Below, piece by piece: positions 38,819 to 49,169 of a stretch of DNA of 64,000 nucleotides. The position numbers and the translations under genes are program-made. The stretch is taken from contig OZ243956.1 in assembly GCA_965214405.1 (NCBI GenBank), positions 1,664,001 to 1,728,000 of the forward strand, written 5' to 3'. This DNA is from Trueperaceae bacterium. GTDB lineage: Bacteria; Deinococcota; Deinococci; Deinococcales; Trueperaceae. The notes beneath the pieces were generated by a model. That model was not told where the DNA came from. It saw only the letters and a list, made by a program, of their open reading frames with translations, and searched no databases. Positions within the stretch are counted from its first letter, which is position 1. The number at the start of each line of letters is the position of its first letter.

Positions 38819-39910
38819 ATGAACCTGCTAATGACCGCGGACACCGTCGGTGGGGTCTGGACTTACGCGCTCGACCTCGCGGGTTCGCTCGAGCCTCACG
38901 GCGTCAAAACCACGCTGGCGACGATGGGCGCGCCCCTCTCCCCCGCGCAGCGTGAAGCCGCTGACAGCATCCAGACGCTCACCCTTTTTGAGAGTCGTTA
39001 CGCGCTCGAGTGGACGCCCGACCCTTGGGACGACGTGGCGCGTGCGGGCGCGTGGTTGTTAGAGTTAGAGAAACAAATAAAACCCCATCTCATCCACCTC
39101 AACGGCTACGCCCACGGCGCGCTCCCCTGGTCCGCGCCCGTGCTCGTCGTCGGCCACTCCTGCGTGCTCTCGTGGTGGGAGGCAGTCAAAGGCGAGGCGG
39201 CCCCGCCCGAATGGGCGCGTTATCAACATGAAGTGAGGCGCGGCCTCCACGCCGCCGACCTCATCGTGGCCCCCACCGCGGCGATGTTGGGGGCGTTGGA
39301 GCGTCACTACGGCCCCCTGAGCCGTGCGCGCGTCATTCCCAACGGTCGAGACGCCGCCGCCTGGCCGCCCGCGCCCAAGGAACCTCTCATCTTGAGCGCG
39401 GGAAGGCTTTGGGACGAGGCGAAAAACGTGGCGATTCTCGCAGAAGCAGCGCCTCACGTTCCCTGGCCTATTTATCTCGCCGGAGACGCGAAGCACCCGA
39501 ACGGCGGCGAAGCGCGCCCTGAGCACGTCCACCTCCTCGGCACCCTGCCACCCCAAGACCTCGCGCACTGGCTGGGCCGCGCGTCCATCTACGCGCTGCC
39601 CGCGCGTTACGAACCCTTTGGGCTGTCGGCGCTCGAGGCCGCCCTGGCTGGCTGCGCGCTTCTTTTGGGTGATATCCCCTCCCTGCGCGAGGTGTGGGGC
39701 GAGGCGGCTCTTTTTGTACCGCTCGACGACGTGGAAGCTTGGGTGGAGGCGCTAAATGGGCTTATCAAAAATCCCTTACAGCGTGAGACGCTTGCGGCTC
39801 GAGGACGCTCGAGGGCGCTCGAGCTGACCCCCACCCGCATGGCTGAGGCGTACTTGCAGGTTTATCAGAGCCTCATGAGTACAAAAGGCGCGGAGGAAGT
39901 TCCTGTATGA
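38819..39910 (+). CDS. glycosyltransferase family 4
   Basis: MTADTVGGVWTY, AGRLWDEAKN, YEPFGLSALEAA. Confidence 0.9.
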   Translation: MNLLMTADTVGGVWTYALDLAGSLEPHGVKTTLATMGAPLSPAQREAADSIQTLTLFESRYALEWTPDPWDDVARAGAWLLELEKQIKPHLIHLNGYAHGALPWSAPVLVVGHSCVLSWWEAVKGEAAPPEWARYQHEVRRGLHAADLIVAPTAAMLGALERHYGPLSRARVIPNGRDAAAWPPAPKEPLILSAGRLWDEAKNVAILAEAAPHVPWPIYLAGDAKHPNGGEARPEHVHLLGTLPPQDLAHWLGRASIYALPARYEPFGLSALEAALAGCALLLGDIPSLREVWGEAALFVPLDDVEAWVEALNGLIKNPLQRETLAARGRSRALELTPTRMAEAYLQVYQSLMSTKGAEEVPV

Positions 39911-41031
39911 AAATCGTTCTCTTCTACCATTCGCTTCTGTCGGATTGGAACCACGGCAACGCCCATTTCCTGCGCGGCGTGGCGTCGGAGTTGAGAGCAC
40001 GCGGCGCGGACGTGCGCGTGTATGAACCTCATGACGCGTGGAGTTTGCAGAATCTGCTCGAGGCGCACGGGGAGGAGCCGCTCGAGCGTTTTCGTGAGGT
40101 GTATCCAGCCTTGAAAAGCGTCCGCTACGATTTGGACGAACTCAATTTAGACGAAGCCCTGGCGGACGCCGACCTCGTTATCGTCCACGAGTGGAACGAC
40201 CCCGAGCTGGTGGCGCGGCTGGGCGCACACCGGGCGCAGGGAGGACAGTACCGCCTCCTCTTTCACGACACGCACCACCGCGCCGTGACCGACCGAGACG
40301 CTATGGCCGCGTACGACTTAACTCACTACGACGGCGTGCTCGCTTACGGCGAGGTGATTCGCCGTTTGTACTTGCGCGAGGGCTGGGCGCGCCAAGCCTG
40401 GACCTGGCACGAGGCCGCCGACACGCGCGTGTTCCGGCCCCTGCCCGGTCCGAAACAAGGCGACCTCGTCTGGATTGGCAACTGGGGCGACGAGGAGCGA
40501 ACCGAAGAGTTGCACGAATTTTTGTTGGAGCCGGTAAAAACTCTGGGGCTCAACGCCCTTGTTTGCGGCGTTCGTTATCCCGATAACGCTCTAAGCGCTC
40601 TCTCTGCGGCCCATATCACCTACGGCGGCTGGCTCCCCAATTTTGACGTGCCGGGCGTGTTCGCCCGCTTCCGCGTGACCGTCCACGTGCCGCGCCGCCC
40701 TTACGCGTCCGCCCTACCCGGCATCCCCACCATCCGCCCCTTCGAGGCTTTAGCCTGCGGCATCCCGCTCGTGAGCAGCCCCTGGGAGGATGCGGAGGGA
40801 CTGTTTACGCCTGGGGAGGATTTTTTGGTGGCTCGAGACGGCGCAGAAATGAAGCATCATCTTAAAGCCATTTTGGATGACGAGGACCTGGCACGTTCGC
40901 TTGCCGAACACGGGCGGCGGACGATTCTTGCGCGTCACACCTGCGCCCACCGCGTGGACGAACTCTTGGGCATTTGCTACGAGTTGGGGCTGCAAACCGA
41001 CCTCGAGCCTCAGAAGGTTCTTCATGCCTAA
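39907..41031 (+). CDS. CgeB-like glycosyltransferase
   Basis: SDWNHGNAHFLRG, HDTHHR, TIRPFEALACG, HTCAHR. Confidence 0.85.
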   Translation: MKIVLFYHSLLSDWNHGNAHFLRGVASELRARGADVRVYEPHDAWSLQNLLEAHGEEPLERFREVYPALKSVRYDLDELNLDEALADADLVIVHEWNDPELVARLGAHRAQGGQYRLLFHDTHHRAVTDRDAMAAYDLTHYDGVLAYGEVIRRLYLREGWARQAWTWHEAADTRVFRPLPGPKQGDLVWIGNWGDEERTEELHEFLLEPVKTLGLNALVCGVRYPDNALSALSAAHITYGGWLPNFDVPGVFARFRVTVHVPRRPYASALPGIPTIRPFEALACGIPLVSSPWEDAEGLFTPGEDFLVARDGAEMKHHLKAILDDEDLARSLAEHGRRTILARHTCAHRVDELLGICYELGLQTDLEPQKVLHA

Positions 41032-42115
41032 GGGCCTCAACATCGCTTTTTTCGGCTCGAGCCTCGTCTCGGCCTACTGGAACGGGGCCGCCACCTACTA
41101 CCGCGGCATCGTGCGCGCGCTTCATGACCGCGGCCACCACGTGACTTTTTACGAACCCGACGCCTTTGAGCGCCAGCAGCACCGCGACCTCCCCGACCCC
41201 GACTGGGCGAAAGTGGTGGTGTACGAGGCAAGCGAGGAGGCGGTGCGCCACGTTTTAGAGAGCGCCAAGGGTGCTGACTTGGTCGTCAAGGCGAGCGGTG
41301 TGGGGGTGTTTGACGAGCTGCTCGAGGCCGCTGTCCTAGACCTCCAAACCCCCGCCACCCTCGTCGCCTTTTGGGACGTGGACGCCCCCGCCACCCTCGA
41401 CCGCGTGAACGAAAACATGAACGACCCCTTCCGTCCCCTCGTCCCACGTTACGACCTTGTCCTCACCTACGGCGGCGGCGCGCCCGTGGTGGAGGCGTAC
41501 GAAAAACTCGGCGCGCGGCGATGCGTGCCCATCTACAACGCGCTCGACCCCGCCACCCACCACCCGGCACCGCCCGACGACCGTTTCGCGGGTACGCTCG
41601 GCTTTCTGGGCAACCGCCTACCCGACCGGGAGAGGCGCGTCGAAGAGTTCTTCCTCCGCGCCGCCGAAACGTTACCCGACCGCTCCTTTCTTCTTGGTGG
41701 CAGCGGCTGGGGCGACAAGGCGATGCCCGGCAACGTGCGCTACCTCGGGCACGTTTACACGAGCGACCACAACGCCTTTAACTGCACGCCCCTGGCCGTT
41801 CTCAACATTTCGCGCGAGAGCATGGCGCGCTACGGCTTCTCGCCCGCCACCCGCGTGTTCGAGGCGGCGGGCGCGGGCGCGTGCCTGATAACCGACGCGT
41901 GGGAGGGGATTGAGGAGTTTCTCGAGCCCAACACCGAAGTCTTAGTCGCCCAAAACGGCGACGAGGTCGCCGAGCACCTGCGCGCGCTCACACCTGAAAG
42001 CGCGCGCGAGATGGGCGAGAGAGCCCGGCGGCGGATGCTCTCCGAACATACCTACGCCCACCGAGCGGAAGAATTAGAAAGCCTCCTCACCGGCCTCCGC
42101 GCCAAGGTCTCATGA
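41024..42115 (+). CDS. CgeB-like glycosyltransferase
   Basis: SSLVSAYWNGAATYYRG, GNRLPDRE.R, TRVFEAAGAG, HTYAHRA. Confidence 0.85.
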   Translation: MPKGLNIAFFGSSLVSAYWNGAATYYRGIVRALHDRGHHVTFYEPDAFERQQHRDLPDPDWAKVVVYEASEEAVRHVLESAKGADLVVKASGVGVFDELLEAAVLDLQTPATLVAFWDVDAPATLDRVNENMNDPFRPLVPRYDLVLTYGGGAPVVEAYEKLGARRCVPIYNALDPATHHPAPPDDRFAGTLGFLGNRLPDRERRVEEFFLRAAETLPDRSFLLGGSGWGDKAMPGNVRYLGHVYTSDHNAFNCTPLAVLNISRESMARYGFSPATRVFEAAGAGACLITDAWEGIEEFLEPNTEVLVAQNGDEVAEHLRALTPESAREMGERARRRMLSEHTYAHRAEELESLLTGLRAKVS

Positions 42116-43182
42116 GCACTTCACCACTCCGCCTCGTCTTTCTGGGCCTTTCCATCACCTCCTCGTGGGGCAACGGCCACGCGACGACCTACCGCGGTTT
42201 GTTACACGAACTCGCCGCGCAGGGTCACGAGGTGCTGTTTTTGGAGCGAGATGTGCCCTGGTACGGGTCTAACCGTGACCTTCCAAGGCCGCCCTATGGC
42301 CGAACGGAGCTTTATCAAAACCTCGAGGATTTAACACGCTTCGAAAATGAGGTGCGTGGCGCAGACGCCGTCATCGTCGGTTCCTACGTGCCCGAAGGCG
42401 TCAAAGTAGGCGAATGGGTCCTAAGCTTAGCGGAAGGCCTCACCGCCTTTTACGACATTGACACCCCCGTCACGCTCGCCAAACTCGCGCGCGGCGAGAC
42501 CGACTACCTTTCCCCCGACCTCATCCCCCGCTACGACCTCTATTTGTCCTTTACAGGCGGGCCGACGCTTCAGACCGTAGAGCATCACTACGGCTCGCCT
42601 TGCGCCAGGCCCCTCTACTGCTCCGTGGACCCGGCGCTCTACTACCCGGAGGTGACGGATGTGTGCTGGGACGTGGGTTACCTGGGCACCTACAGCGAGG
42701 ACCGGCAGGGGACGTTGGAGAGGTTGCTGCTCGAGCCCGCCCGCAGGTATCCAAAAGGAAAGTTTATCGTCGCAGGTCCGCTTTATCCCGACGCTATTGC
42801 GTGGCCCCACAACGTCACCCGCACCGAGCACCTGCCCCCCGCGCAGCACCGTCACTTTTACAACGCTCAACGCTTCACGCTCAACGTGACCCGCGCCGAC
42901 ATGATTCGCGCGGGCTACGCGCCCAGCGTGCGCCTCTTCGAAGCCGCCGCGTGCGGCGTGCCCATCATCAGCGACACCTGGGACGGACTCGAGACTTTTT
43001 TCGAGCCCGGCAAAGATATCCTACTCGCCCGTTCACCCGAAGACACACTCGCTTATCTGGAGATGGACGAGCCCGCGCGGCTCGAGGTGGGCGCGCGGGC
43101 GCGGGCGCGCGTGCTGGGGGCGCACACGGCGGCGCACCGGGCGGGGGAGCTTGTCAAGTACCTGCGAGAACTTCGGGGGTAG
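42112..43182 (+). CDS. CgeB-like glycosyltransferase
   Basis: LSITSSWGNGHATTYRG, YDIDTP, SVRLFEAAACG, HTAAHRA. Confidence 0.85.
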   Translation: MSTSPLRLVFLGLSITSSWGNGHATTYRGLLHELAAQGHEVLFLERDVPWYGSNRDLPRPPYGRTELYQNLEDLTRFENEVRGADAVIVGSYVPEGVKVGEWVLSLAEGLTAFYDIDTPVTLAKLARGETDYLSPDLIPRYDLYLSFTGGPTLQTVEHHYGSPCARPLYCSVDPALYYPEVTDVCWDVGYLGTYSEDRQGTLERLLLEPARRYPKGKFIVAGPLYPDAIAWPHNVTRTEHLPPAQHRHFYNAQRFTLNVTRADMIRAGYAPSVRLFEAAACGVPIISDTWDGLETFFEPGKDILLARSPEDTLAYLEMDEPARLEVGARARARVLGAHTAAHRAGELVKYLRELRG

Positions 43183-43406
43183 CCGTGCCCGAGGGTGGGG
43201 GAAGCTCGAGCACCCTTCGACTTCGCACATAGTTTGAATATAGCCGCCCAAAGAACAGTGCGCCGCCTTTTCGTCCCTCTCCGCACCGCCCTCCCTACAC
43301 CGTCTTTGCGCTACGGAAAAGCGCCTCGAGCCCATCCGAAAGCCCGTAGCCCCGCCCGAAATCCTCCTCAGGTCCCGCCACGTTAGAATGGACCTCAGGA
43401 GGTCCT

Positions 43407-43670
43407 ATGAACGACGAACAAACCCAGATTTTAGACCTGCTTAGGCGTGACCCGGCAAGCAACAAACTCGTACGAGATGGCGGCGACAACCGCTGGTATG
43501 TCTACGAATTGGGCGACAACCCGCCCACCATCACCGACGTGCGGGGAGACGTGGGGGACGCGCTGCTTACTGGAGGTCACGTCCGTTACGTTGAGGACGA
43601 GGTGAGGCGTACGGAGTTGCCCGATATCTACTCAGTTTATGAGTTGAGCAGCGAGGGCGGAAACGAGTAG
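43407..43670 (+). CDS. small hypothetical protein
   Basis: AGGAGG RBS and TAGAAT -10-like element upstream; 87 aa. Confidence 0.65.
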   Translation: MNDEQTQILDLLRRDPASNKLVRDGGDNRWYVYELGDNPPTITDVRGDVGDALLTGGHVRYVEDEVRRTELPDIYSVYELSSEGGNE

Positions 43671-43821
43671 CAAGTAACGCCCCAGTTTGGGACACACTCG
43701 CTATGTAGAACACCGTTCAGAACGTGCTTTCGGTGACGAAACCAGCGTTCATTTGTCTCAGTTTGTCGTGGTGCTAAAGTAAGGCTCGTTTAGCAGGCAA
43801 GGCTCGAGCCCACACAAACCA

Positions 43822-43848
43822 AAAAGGCGACCTCAAAGGCCGCCTTTT
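43822..43848. terminator. terminator downstream of rpoD
   Basis: AAAAGGCG(A)CCT-caa-AGG(C)CGCCTTTT. Confidence 0.75.
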
Positions 43849-43865
43849 CACGTTTTGGGCTCTGC

Positions 43866-45233
<1,368 letters not shown>

Positions 45234-45505
45234 TGGGTCTCCTTGCTGATTCCCCCATGTTGCTGGTGTTGCTATCTGACTGTTAAAAGTTGTGGATTGT
45301 TTCTTTGCGGGTTTTCCCGTCAGTTTGTCTAATCGGTAAGGGGTGAGCGCCGAAAAGCTTCAGCCCTCGCCTTCGCGTCGTCATCGCCTAAATTATAGAC
45401 CATGTGACGCGGCGCACACGTGGAGGTGCGTACATTCGGGGCGGACGCCGAAACGATGCACCGCTACGCCCGCCCCAGAAATATGCTTGAAGAGAAGCTT
45501 AAGGG

Positions 45506-46177
45506 TTAAAGAACCTGCATCACGTAGTTGTCGGTGGCCGCCTCGAGCCCCGCCGGGTTGGCGACGTACACGCCCCGCGTGCCCGAAAGCGCGCCCTCGT
45601 TACGAAGTTCGCCCAAAATGCGGGTGATGGTCACGCGCGACGAGCCGACGAGCGCGGCCAAATCTTCGTGCGTCAGCGCCAGAGGCAGCTTCACGCCCAT
45701 CTGGTCATCCGCACCTTGCCCGAAGCGCTCGCTGAGGCGCAAGAAGGCGCGGGTCACGCGGGCACCCACGGGCAGCTCGGCGTCGTCCATCACTTCGCGG
45801 CCCCGGCGCAGTTGCAACGCGAGGCTCTGCAGGATGGCGTCGCGCAGCCTGCGGTCGTTCATCGACTGCGCAGGGTCGACCGGGACGAGCGTGGCGTCGT
45901 GGATGGCGACGACGGTCTCGGCGTGCGTTTCGCCGCTCAGCGCCGCCGTGCCGAGCACGTCGCCGGGGCCGTAGAGGTCGGCGATGCGGTCGCGGCCCAC
46001 CGACGTGGGCACGATGGCCTTGAGCACGCCGCCGGTGACGATGTAAAGCGACGAGGCCTCACGGCCCGCTTCGTAAAGAACGTCGCCCGGCTCGAGCGTC
46101 CGCGTGGGCAAAGCCAGCGTCTGGGGCACGAGGTCCGGGGAAAATCGGGGCGAGTGGGTGGGGGTCATATGGGTCAT
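45506..46177 (-). CDS. Crp/Fnr family transcriptional regulator
   Basis: cNMP-binding-like N-domain (LY....G..K...GPGDVLG); HTH LTHEDLAALVGSSRVTITRILGEL; AAAGGTG RBS. Confidence 0.9.
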   Translation of the reverse strand: MTHMTPTHSPRFSPDLVPQTLALPTRTLEPGDVLYEAGREASSLYIVTGGVLKAIVPTSVGRDRIADLYGPGDVLGTAALSGETHAETVVAIHDATLVPVDPAQSMNDRRLRDAILQSLALQLRRGREVMDDAELPVGARVTRAFLRLSERFGQGADDQMGVKLPLALTHEDLAALVGSSRVTITRILGELRNEGALSGTRGVYVANPAGLEAATDNYVMQVL

Positions 46178-46572
46178 ACAATCACCTTTTTGGTTGACTA
46201 GAGGGTGACAAAAGGTTGCAAATTGGTCTGGTGGGGTTTGCGTGAAGCAACTTGTTTGAACTGTCTCGTCTGAACTGTTTTGTGGCTGGAAGTAATACTG
46301 ATGTGACGATGGCGCGACAGTCAAGCGGCAACACAGGGCGGGAGTGACACTCCCTCAGTAAGGTATATTGTACCTGATTTTTTAAGGTTTGTCTAGTCCC
46401 TCTTCTCGCGCTACACGCGGTTTAAGAGAATGTATACAAGAATGAATGCTCATGGTTTACACGCACGTGCGCGCAGTCCTATAGTTATAGAGCTACGCGT
46501 GAGGAGTTTCTGCAAGCTGTGTGACAGTTTTCCGGGATAATGACGCTGGTACTCCGCTGAACCCCCTGACGT

Positions 46573-47331
46573 TTAGGAAGAGTGTAAAACGTTACTAAAA
46601 TGCTTGAAACGTTCACACACCTCCCGGTGCCGCTCGGCAAGCGCCTCGAGCGAATCGATTCGGTAGCAACGCTCGAGCTCCACCACCACATCCCTTGGTA
46701 AATCTCTGTAGAGATCTTTCAATCCAAAGTCGGATTTGCGCGGCGTGTGGATGAGACGCAGGAGTTCAGTTAACGGCCCCAAGCTGTAAACGTGATATGC
46801 CCCCAACGCCTCTAAAAAGAGGCCCCTGCGAATGTTTTTCTCAACCCAGACCTGCCGCACCGGGAACGCCTTTATCAGCGCCTCCGCCCTCTCCTGTAAC
46901 GCCTCTTCCGCCTCGTCCCACACCTGAAAGCGTATGACGTTCCCTTTGTCAAATAGAATCTCTACCGCGTCTATACCCTCACGAAACGTTCCGCTACGGC
47001 TGCGAGCTTGCACGCACAAGTCGAGGAGCAGAAATGGTGACGTACCCTCTAAGTGAAAGAAAACCTGCCTTAGGAGCGGGTGAGGGTGCGGCGTTTCATG
47101 CTCGAGCTCGAGCGGCGCAACCCTCTTCAATACTGTCCGCACAAGGTCCAGCACCGCGTCCTCTTCCCCGTCCGCCACGCTCAGCCACAAGTCGATGTCC
47201 GAATAGGCGTCAACCGTACAGAGTGCGTCGGCACCTTCTAGCCACATGGCGACGACGTGAGGGTGGGGTTCCAACGCTCTGCGGAGAGGCTCGAGGATGC
47301 GTTCTCGGTCTAAGTCACGCCTCGTCACCAT
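46573..47331 (-). CDS. nucleotidyltransferase domain protein (Pol-beta type, aminoglycoside-NT-like)
   Basis: WLEGADA...DAYSDIDL motif plus a helical C-terminal domain. Confidence 0.75.
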   Translation of the reverse strand: MVTRRDLDRERILEPLRRALEPHPHVVAMWLEGADALCTVDAYSDIDLWLSVADGEEDAVLDLVRTVLKRVAPLELEHETPHPHPLLRQVFFHLEGTSPFLLLDLCVQARSRSGTFREGIDAVEILFDKGNVIRFQVWDEAEEALQERAEALIKAFPVRQVWVEKNIRRGLFLEALGAYHVYSLGPLTELLRLIHTPRKSDFGLKDLYRDLPRDVVVELERCYRIDSLEALAERHREVCERFKHFSNVLHSS

Positions 47332-47351
47332 TATTCCGGCTCAGTTGAACC

Positions 47352-47873
47352 TCAGAATCCGCCTCGCTCATCCGCGGTGGGGCCGTACATCGGCGGCACG
47401 GGCACGTCCAGCAGGCGCAGGTAGACGCCGAGCTGGCCGCGGTGGTGGATCATGTGGCTAAGGCCCATGCTTCGCAGCGCGGCGGCCTTGGGGCGGCTCA
47501 TCATCACCTGTTCCCCACGCGTGAGCGTCCAGGTGCGCCCCAGCGCCTCTTCGTCGGTCTGTTCTAATGCGGCTTTAAGCGCCGCGGCGTTCTCGTCAAA
47601 CGCATGTAAAATTTCGTCGCGGCTCGAGGGCGTCGCCTGCGGTCTTGGTGGCGGAGACGCAAAATCGAACGCGTCGCCCTCTAAGATGCCCCGCTGCCAA
47701 AAAACGAGGTTGGTGATGTGCGCTGCCAAGCCGCCCAAACTCATCGACTTTTCGTGCGGCTTCCAGTCGAAATGTTCGTCGGGCAGACGCTCCAACACGC
47801 GGCGGGTCGTGGCAAGCTCGTGCGTCAGGTCGCCGACGGCGAGGTCTTTGAGTGTAGGGGAAGGTTGGGTCAT
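47352..47873 (-). CDS. DinB/YfiT family protein
   Basis: E..TTRRVLER.P....WKPHEKSMSLG.LA.H, H.IHHRGQL.VYLRL..VPVP..YGP. Confidence 0.9.
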   Translation of the reverse strand: MTQPSPTLKDLAVGDLTHELATTRRVLERLPDEHFDWKPHEKSMSLGGLAAHITNLVFWQRGILEGDAFDFASPPPRPQATPSSRDEILHAFDENAAALKAALEQTDEEALGRTWTLTRGEQVMMSRPKAAALRSMGLSHMIHHRGQLGVYLRLLDVPVPPMYGPTADERGGF

Positions 47874-48083
47874 GACTGGCACAATAACACGAGGAAAAGG
47901 CGATTTTGGTGTGGCATCTCGAGGCAAACGTGCGGCTATTTCAGCCTAACTGGGACCGCCTACCAACCACAAAGAGCCCGGTTCTGAAAATTTGTTACGT
48001 GCTACGAATCCGCAAGAACCTGTTATGCTCTAAGCAGCACGCCGTTGTGTCTAGGGTTCCGCGTTTGTTCTCGCCTATGAAAC

Positions 48084-48131
48084 TGCGTGGGTAAAGCAGA
48101 ATAATAATGCGTGGGTAAAGCAGAATAATAA
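48084..48131. repeat. 24-bp perfect tandem duplication
   Basis: TGCGTGGGTAAAGCAGAATAATAA x2. Confidence 0.92.
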
Positions 48132-48247
48132 GAGGATGAACGGACCGTGACCAAGCGGCACCAAGTCGTTGGTATCTGGCGACTACACCTAAAGGGACAA
48201 AAGCCCGGAGGCTCGAGCCACCCCCATGCGGGTGGGAAGGAGCTTTT

Positions 48248-49117
48248 ATGACGCTTTTTGCCTTGGGTCTCGTTTTATCAGCCGCGTTTATCCACGCCAC
48301 CTGGAATCTGTTTGCCAAAAAGGTGGGCGGCGGCGCGCCTTTTGTGTGGCTCTTTAGCGCGCTGTCGACCTGTCTTTACGCCCCTCTCGCGCTGGGTGCG
48401 TTTCTCATTCAAAAACCGATGATTGACAGGGTCGGCCTCATATTCCTGGCGGGTAGCGCCGCGCTGCACCTGGTTTACTTTCTGGTGCTTCAGCGCGGCT
48501 ACAAAGTCGGCGATTTGTCGCTGGTCTACCCGCTGGCAAGGGGCACCGGGCCAGCGCTGTCGACGGTCCTCGCCATCATCATCTTTGCAGAGCGTCCCTC
48601 GGCGCTCGCTTTGGCGGGGGCGGGACTCGTCATCTTCAGCGTTTTTTTGCTGGCGGGCGGCACCAAGCTGTTTAGCCGAGGGTTTCAGACGCAGACGGGG
48701 AACGCTATAGGTTTTGGCCTCCTCACGGGTACGCTCATTGCGGCTTACACCCTTTGGGACAAACAGGCGGTGAGCACCTTGCTGATACCTCCCCTCATCC
48801 TCGACTGGGCCACGGGCTTGGGGAGAACGACCCTTTTGGCTCCCGTCGCGTTTAGGAACTGGGGCGCGGTCAAAGCGCACTGGCGAGGTCAGCGCAAAGA
48901 AACGCTCATCGTCGCGGCGCTCAACCCGCTTTCTTACATCCTCATCCTCACGGCGCTCACGTTTTCGCCCGTGAGTTACGTTGCGCCTGCGAGGGAAATA
49001 AGCATCTTGATTGGGGCGGCGATGGGGGCAAAGTTTCTTCAAGAGGGGGATGTGAGGCGGAGGCTTACGGCGGCTTCTCTGATGGTCGTGGGGATTATCG
49101 CTTTGGCTTTGGGATGA
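48248..49117 (+). CDS. DMT/EamA family transporter
   Basis: AAFIHATWN..AK, GDLSLVYPLARG, VSYVAPARE.SI; multiple TM segments. Confidence 0.9.
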   Translation: MTLFALGLVLSAAFIHATWNLFAKKVGGGAPFVWLFSALSTCLYAPLALGAFLIQKPMIDRVGLIFLAGSAALHLVYFLVLQRGYKVGDLSLVYPLARGTGPALSTVLAIIIFAERPSALALAGAGLVIFSVFLLAGGTKLFSRGFQTQTGNAIGFGLLTGTLIAAYTLWDKQAVSTLLIPPLILDWATGLGRTTLLAPVAFRNWGAVKAHWRGQRKETLIVAALNPLSYILILTALTFSPVSYVAPAREISILIGAAMGAKFLQEGDVRRRLTAASLMVVGIIALALG

Positions 49118-49169
49118 AAGCGTCTGAAGTCTTGACCATTTCTCACGTTGAACGAGATGAACGCACCGC

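Noticed and set aside
46573..47331. Second nucleotidyltransferase as part of the RiPP system or an MNT-HEPN toxin-antitoxin pair
   Set aside because: Different family, about 40 kb from the RiPP locus, and no adjacent HEPN partner gene
48023..48039. RDRM-like (DdrO) site TTATGC-N5-GCAGCA upstream of the DinB-family gene
   Set aside because: Degenerate right half and about 150 nt from the apparent leaderless promoter; not supportable
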